A stretch of DNA of 35,611 bases from Thraustochytrium aureum (taxonomy: Eukaryota): NCBI GenBank assembly GCA_012862495.1, contig BLSG01000298.1, positions 62,001 to 97,611 of the forward strand, given 5' to 3'. The translations under genes and the position numbers were made by a program. Every line of letters starts with the position of its first letter. Positions within the stretch are counted from its first letter, which is position 1. Under the pieces are notes generated by a model, which was given only the letters and a program-made list of their open reading frames with translations, was not told where the DNA came from and searched no databases. Positions 29,827 to 35,611 of this stretch are shown one piece after another.

Positions 29827-30666
29827 CAAATCTACAAGCAGCTCTGTAAATGAACATCTCCACCTCGACGCCTGCCCGTCATTTTCGAGTAGAGTAACAA
29901 AGAGTAACAAACCAACGTGCAACGGATATGCGTTACTTGGCCGACACTCCTTTCTGGCCGACTGCCGCAACTACTGTGAAGCGCGGTCTCCGACGTCTTC
30001 GCTGAGAGATCCGGAGCCCATGAGCGCGTCCCTGCGACACCTCTGAAAATTCTGACTGACGCGGACGGCTGCTGGCCTTGCCAAACGACCAGAATGTGTC
30101 CGTTGGCATTGTTTTTCCTCTCTCCGTTTCATCTATTGCTGCTCCAGGACATCAGCAGGAGGCACTGAAGCTTAGGCCATGCGCAGGGTTGACTTTGCTT
30201 CGACTGATCTGGGGCCACTTGAGATGCCAACGAGCGAAGGGCGAGCTCTCGGGATGACCATCATCATCGATTCCGATCGCATCGGATCCATTTTCAGTTT
30301 TAGCTCAGCTTTGAAAGCCAGCCGTCCTGCAATGATTGAATGTGAGCCGACAAGTTCGTACAATGCAGTGAGTACTCACATTGCCAATCAGTAGATTGTA
30401 CAAGTACAGAACTCAACTAGCTAGCTGGAGAGAAATGCGCCCTGGCAGCCGCGTGCACCACGCAAAGCAGACCCCTATCCGTTCGAGTTAGGCCTCCACA
30501 GATTTCGACCAAAATCAAAAGCCCGCTCGCTCAGCGCATGCTCAAAGGGCTGGCCAGCGCAGGGTTCACCAGGCACAGAAAGCAAGGCTCGGAATCTGTT
30601 CGAGTGCGGCGGAATCGGCCGGCGTAGGACCCACAGCATCGGAAGCAGATCGCGTCTAGCAGCGAG

Positions 30667-33600
30667 ATGACGACTGGATACACGAGGACTCAGCTCAACC
30701 ATGCCCTTGGGATGGAGCAACCCACGGATTTTGGTGGGGAAATGTCTGACGTTCGCAAGCGCGGATCAACGCTGGGCCGCATCCGGTTCGGGCTGTTCGG
30801 CGTGCTGTCCCTCATCCTCAAGCGTCAGGTCAAGGCGAGCTGGACGATCGTCTACTTCTCCAACTTGGTCAACCTCGCGCAGCTGCTGACGTTCACCTTC
30901 AACGCAGACAAAGGGTTCCCGTGGTCGGCCTGGGTTACTGAAAGCTTTAATCCTGCCTTGAAAGCGGCGAGCTTCTCAATCGTCGCGACCGGCATCGAAG
31001 CCATCACAATCGCCTCTTTTGGTGTCGCCATCTTGATCCTGCTGCTCACTTTGTCGGCGGTGTGCTGGATCGCGTACTCGTTCTCAAGCAGTGGGGTCAC
31101 GACGCTGTGGATGCTGCAGCCCATGCGAGTGATGCTTCGGCTCATGACGTCTGTGCTCTACGTCCCAATCCTCGAGGTCCTGCTCGAGCTTCACAAGTGC
31201 TCGGCGCTCGAGATCGTCTTTGCGTGCAACACCACAGCCCACACTGCGATGACGATCGCAGATATGCTCCTGCTCATTCTCTTTGTGGCCTTCACTTCGA
31301 TCACAGTGCTTGTCATCTTTGAGAGGTCTCCGATGACGCACAACCCCATCGCCAAGGTTCACGGCCGGGCGGATTGCCTAAGCCTCATCCTCCGGGCGAT
31401 TATGTCCATCGCATTTGCTTTCAGCGGGCCCGATAGCCAGATCCTCCTCGCAGTAGTTCTCGTGGTCTCTGCGTTCTCCATGCTGGCCAGCTTTATCTAC
31501 TTTCTCCCGTACTACGACATGGACATGAACAAGATGGTCGTTTTCACGTCGCTAGCCTTCTTCGTCTCGAGCCTCTGCCTCGTGATGGAGGTCGTACTGC
31601 TCAAGACTGCCGCGAACGAGCTCGTCGGCCCGAGGAGCTCACTCGGTGGGGGCTTTGCCGCATTTGCGCTATCGCTCCCGCTGTGCTGGTTCTCAGCCGA
31701 AGCGTTGGTGAGTCGGCGCGTAACGCGCTTGTGCCACCTTACTCGGATCAAAGCCGATGTCGAGTCGCCGATGATAGCCGAGCTCGCGATCAGGGCCTCC
31801 CAACATTTGGCTGCCCCTGGTGCATGGGCTCTCGCCCAGACCAAGTACCGCGATTTGGTCGATTCGCGGTTTCCAGACTCGCCATTCCTCACAATTCACG
31901 TGGCTATGCTCCTCCGCGAGTGCGGCGAGAACGCTCTTCTCAACCAGCAGTACATGACTCGCGCCAAGAGCCTCCTGAAGCAGCACGGTGGGCTCGTAGA
32001 CGAGCGGTTTTTCCTCTTCAAGCACAGCCTCGATCAGGAGTCCCGGAGCACGGGCGTGGAGGGCAATGCGATGAACTTTATGGCGTTCGACCACCACTTT
32101 GCGCAAGCGCAACGCAGAATCCTCGAAGCCATGGAGCAGGTCACGCAGATCTGGCAAACAATCAACCAGAAGCGCAGTACCGACGCGCTCTTGTCGTGCG
32201 GCTTTAAGCTGCGAAAGGCCTCGCAACGGGCCAACACGCACCTGGAGGAGCTGCTCCGCCTCACGTCAGAGTCGCCTTCGGTCTTTCGCCTGTACGCCAC
32301 CTTTCTTGAGAACGTGCTGAACGACCAGAATGCAGCGCGCCAGCTCGAGGAGCACGCCGACATGCTCGAGATGAGTGGCGACGCTGCCGGTGCCTTTGAA
32401 GGCCGCAAGGAACACAAGCTCTATAGCGCAACGTCGACCATCAGCGGTGCCGAGGCTACGCTGGGCCAGATGCTCGACGTCTCGATTGGTTTGTGCCGGC
32501 TTTTTGGCCTTCCCAGGGAGGATCTCATCGGGAGGAACGTGAGCCTGCTTTGCCCGCCACCATTCTCTGAAATGCACAACATGTTCCTCCAACGCTATCT
32601 GGACAACAACACCGATTTCGTCACGCGCAAAGTCAACATATGGGGAATGCACTGCGACGGGTTCGTCATTCCACTCAAGCTTGAGGTGACGCCAACCATC
32701 GACCCAGAGACTGGCGAGCTCGTCTTTACCGGGATCTTTGAGCCTAACAACGCAGCGGACGAGGAGCTCGTGATGATCAAGGATGACGGCGTTGTCGCGT
32801 TTGCTACGAGGCGGGGCTGGCAGGATGTTCTCGGCGTCGAAACGTCTCCACAAGGCAGGTTTCCTTCCGCAACGCTCGCCGACCTCCTCTCCGACGAGGA
32901 CTTGAACAGCGAGGAGCTCAAATCGCTCCTGGAAGAGTCTTGCAAAAGGATTGTGACCTTGCACGGCAACAGCTACCCTGCTGAGTCGAATTTGCTTTCG
33001 TTCAAATTCGTGAGCGACAATGTTCCTGTCGAGTTGAAAATGGTTCTCCTCAAATTTCGCATCGTGCCGGCAGCGATTAAGAATGGGTTGCCAAAGACCG
33101 CCTCATGGCGCGTGGGCTCTCCACCGCCAATTGAGAGTGGGGCAGCGAAAAGTTCAACCTCGTCGTCGAAAAGGTTCTCCATTGGAGCCAAGTCGTTTCG
33201 GGAAATAGACGCGGAGCCATCTCAAGGCCGAGCAGCCGGAGAAGGCGCCCCGCTACTTCCACCGCCCATGCTGCTGCCGCAGCATGAAAGAAACGTCGGC
33301 GCTGGCGACGCGCTTCGGCTCTCTCGTGGTGACCGCGACGCAGTGTTTCTAGACCCGGCTGCCAAGCAGGGCACCCCTCGAAACGCGCCCGGCGGGACAA
33401 CTAGCACGGCGACAACTCTCCCGCCTGCGTTTGACTTCGATGCGACGGCGTCCCAGGCGGCCAGCTCTGTCGGGGACGCCTTGTCAGAGGCCGATACTCG
33501 TTCTGTTGCCTCTTCAACTCGCGAGCGCAATCGCAGCGTGTTCGAGCGCGTCCAGCGCGGAATGCTGCGCAATTCTAAGATCATGCGCAAGTACCGACGC

Positions 33601-35553
33601 CTTACGCTGCTTTCTGCGGCGATCTGTCTCGTCTTTGCGGTTTTGGAGAGCATCAACCGGCGCAACGCAAACCTTGTTGGAATCAACTCGATCGACCTGG
33701 TCAAAGCGTCCATGGAGCGGTGCCACCACCTCGTGGATGCGTCCTTCCACGTCAGCGTTTTGCACCAAGCCGCATTGGAGAACGTAGCAAGCGAGCGGGT
33801 TGCGGAGCTGCGTGCTGATCTCAGCAACGACCTTGACATTGTGCAAGAACTGCATGTCCGAATCACCGAGTCTGTCGAGAGTGATTACGAGGCGATCAAG
33901 AAACTGAACAGCGAGCCGACCATCTTCACAGTCACCGACAGCAGAAGCCCAAAGACGTTCAAAAACGTCAGTCTCTGGGTGGCTGTGCATATGTTTACTT
34001 CCCACGCGCGCGAGTTCTTGGAGACAACCTTTGACGAACAGCTAACCTCAAGCGACGACGACGTTTGCGGCTCCGCGTGCAAGTTTGTGCTCAACAATGG
34101 GCCAACAGTTATCTTCCACGCTTGCCAAGAGGCGTCCGAGCTTTACCTCGAGGAGGCGCTTCATAGTCTCGAGTGGATCAAGGAGTTTGAAATGGTTGCG
34201 TTCGGTTCGATCGGCGCACTTGCCTTGCTCTTCACCGCTGTCTGCACGGTGCCTGCGGTTCGTGGGTCAAGACAGAGGCATAGGCAGAGCTCTCGCGCGC
34301 TTCGCAGCATCCCTCGCAGAACGGTGCAGCAGATGGGAACGGCGGCTCAAGTGCGTTTGCAGAACGTGCGCGAAAGGCTTCGGGCAGAATATGACGGCGA
34401 CGACTTCGACGAGTCTGCGCAGCAAAGCGGAACTAACAACGGCGTGGCTGAAGCAGCCGGCGCGACAACGCCAACCGTCATGGAGGACCAAGCAACTCTG
34501 GATGAGATTATGAACGCGGTCCCAGAGGCCGGGCCGAAGGCGACAGACATCAAGCGGACGCCGAACTCGGTGGTGGCAGGGAAGCTTTCTCGCAGCCACA
34601 AAGTGAGCCCGGAAGTGGGACGCAAGGGTCGGAAAACCTGGAAGAGGCCGAAAAGTAATCGGGCGTTTTCGCGCAAGCGAATAACTCAGGCAATGAGTCT
34701 TGCGCTTGTCGTCCTCCGTCAGTCGCAGCCGTTCTTTGTGACAATCGGGTACGCAGGACTAATAATGTTCATGGAGGACGCCTCTCTCCTGGACCGGGTG
34801 AAGCTCGGCAAGTCTGTCTTTCACGCTGGGCGCCGCTGGACGATGGGGCACAACGCGTTCCTCTTTATGGCGGAGCATATCGTGGGGATCCCTTCCTGGA
34901 GCGTCTGGAGCGGCAAGGCCGCCGACATGGCAAAATGGTCAAAGGACCTCAACGAGCGGTTTGACGGGGCCCATCGCGACCTGACCTTTGGAAACGCGCA
35001 ACTCGGCATATACCCCGTGGACGACAAGTCCACCCAGCCTGAGCTCTTCCACCTGCTGTTCGAGAACGCGTGCCTCGGCGCGTGCCAGGCGCATCCCTCG
35101 CTACTGGTGAGCAAAGCGATGCGCAACGGGCTCCAGCTCGGCGTGGAGCGATTTTCGGAAAGCCTACTTCTGGGCGTGGAAAGAAAGTTTGCGCTTCTCG
35201 AGAATGAGACTTTGCGGGAAGAATGGCAGAGCACGAGTCACTTTGAGCTTGACGCATTTCTTGACGAATACCACGAGTCCAACGTCGTTGCGGAGGCTCT
35301 TGAGGAAGCGATGAGGATCTATTCCTCGGACCTGCACGAGCTCTTTGGCGTGCAGCTGCTGTGGTCGCGAATTACGCTCGCGTGCTTTATCGCAATTCTG
35401 TTTGCTTCTGCGTATCAGGTTTACAGGAGCTTCAAGTCGATGAACCAGCGCACGCAAGACCTGCAGTTTCTCCTTGTTGTGCTGCCTGCGAGCGTGATCA
35501 ACACTCCAGAAATCCGCCGCATCTTGTTCGAGGAGGTGGCACACCGCCACTAG
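30667..35553 (+). CDS. TmcB/TmcC (tiny macrocysts)-like multi-pass membrane protein with PAS domain
   Basis: Intronless 1628-aa ORF. It has an N-terminal multi-TM region (HGR, LPYY motifs), a helical TPR-like region (FRLYATFLENVLND), a PAS domain (CRLFG..EDLIGRNVSLLCPPPFSEMHNMFLQRY), two C-terminal TM-loop-TM modules and a terminal LLVVLP motif. The start codon is uncertain (30667, 30712 or 30742). Confidence 0.85.
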   Translation: MTTGYTRTQLNHALGMEQPTDFGGEMSDVRKRGSTLGRIRFGLFGVLSLILKRQVKASWTIVYFSNLVNLAQLLTFTFNADKGFPWSAWVTESFNPALKAASFSIVATGIEAITIASFGVAILILLLTLSAVCWIAYSFSSSGVTTLWMLQPMRVMLRLMTSVLYVPILEVLLELHKCSALEIVFACNTTAHTAMTIADMLLLILFVAFTSITVLVIFERSPMTHNPIAKVHGRADCLSLILRAIMSIAFAFSGPDSQILLAVVLVVSAFSMLASFIYFLPYYDMDMNKMVVFTSLAFFVSSLCLVMEVVLLKTAANELVGPRSSLGGGFAAFALSLPLCWFSAEALVSRRVTRLCHLTRIKADVESPMIAELAIRASQHLAAPGAWALAQTKYRDLVDSRFPDSPFLTIHVAMLLRECGENALLNQQYMTRAKSLLKQHGGLVDERFFLFKHSLDQESRSTGVEGNAMNFMAFDHHFAQAQRRILEAMEQVTQIWQTINQKRSTDALLSCGFKLRKASQRANTHLEELLRLTSESPSVFRLYATFLENVLNDQNAARQLEEHADMLEMSGDAAGAFEGRKEHKLYSATSTISGAEATLGQMLDVSIGLCRLFGLPREDLIGRNVSLLCPPPFSEMHNMFLQRYLDNNTDFVTRKVNIWGMHCDGFVIPLKLEVTPTIDPETGELVFTGIFEPNNAADEELVMIKDDGVVAFATRRGWQDVLGVETSPQGRFPSATLADLLSDEDLNSEELKSLLEESCKRIVTLHGNSYPAESNLLSFKFVSDNVPVELKMVLLKFRIVPAAIKNGLPKTASWRVGSPPPIESGAAKSSTSSSKRFSIGAKSFREIDAEPSQGRAAGEGAPLLPPPMLLPQHERNVGAGDALRLSRGDRDAVFLDPAAKQGTPRNAPGGTTSTATTLPPAFDFDATASQAASSVGDALSEADTRSVASSTRERNRSVFERVQRGMLRNSKIMRKYRRLTLLSAAICLVFAVLESINRRNANLVGINSIDLVKASMERCHHLVDASFHVSVLHQAALENVASERVAELRADLSNDLDIVQELHVRITESVESDYEAIKKLNSEPTIFTVTDSRSPKTFKNVSLWVAVHMFTSHAREFLETTFDEQLTSSDDDVCGSACKFVLNNGPTVIFHACQEASELYLEEALHSLEWIKEFEMVAFGSIGALALLFTAVCTVPAVRGSRQRHRQSSRALRSIPRRTVQQMGTAAQVRLQNVRERLRAEYDGDDFDESAQQSGTNNGVAEAAGATTPTVMEDQATLDEIMNAVPEAGPKATDIKRTPNSVVAGKLSRSHKVSPEVGRKGRKTWKRPKSNRAFSRKRITQAMSLALVVLRQSQPFFVTIGYAGLIMFMEDASLLDRVKLGKSVFHAGRRWTMGHNAFLFMAEHIVGIPSWSVWSGKAADMAKWSKDLNERFDGAHRDLTFGNAQLGIYPVDDKSTQPELFHLLFENACLGACQAHPSLLVSKAMRNGLQLGVERFSESLLLGVERKFALLENETLREEWQSTSHFELDAFLDEYHESNVVAEALEEAMRIYSSDLHELFGVQLLWSRITLACFIAILFASAYQVYRSFKSMNQRTQDLQFLLVVLPASVINTPEIRRILFEEVAHRH

Positions 35554-35611
35554 GTGAGACCCGGCGCTCTTGCGATCGCAGAGCCGTGACATCAGGCAAC
35601 TAGCTAGGGCC

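Noticed and set aside
29830..30660. Possible tRNA (GTTCGAG at about 30481 and 30598) or small ORFs
   Set aside because: No cloverleaf pairing or A-box could be built around the T-loop-like words, and the short ORFs lack support.

Overview
Gene-dense, GC-rich, intron-poor eukaryotic scaffold with six N-gaps (4436-4624, 6644-6894, 8857-9829, 19030-19233, 22064-22791, 25729-25877). Spliceosomal GT-AG introns with CTAAC branch sites and genes such as POLE2, TRAIP and a LIM protein show it is nuclear eukaryotic DNA. The style suggests a stramenopile protist such as a thraustochytrid, but that is inference only. Gene order: 5'-partial EML-like WD40 protein; SDR16C-type dehydrogenase; possible degenerate RecA-fold fragment; F-box-like/Sel1-repeat protein; MGxxxS/NTF2-like fragment; a short basic N-terminal fragment; DNA polymerase epsilon subunit 2; a four-exon two-repeat (2x6TM) voltage-gated cation channel; PH-LIM-PH protein; TRAIP; two tandem paralogs sharing an unrecognised N-terminal domain; GST-like protein; organellar-type DEAD-box helicase; TmcB-like membrane PAS protein. 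The most notable item is the channel, which the ORF track splits into pieces. Manual splicing gives 1007 aa with two closely similar BacNav-like repeats (filters TFEDWTN and TLEDWTD) and C-terminal EF-hands, unlike canonical TPCs. Second is the tandem paralog pair with an unrecognised domain. No rRNA, tRNA, CRISPR array or convincing mobile element was seen. All family assignments come from motif recognition by eye; no searches were run.
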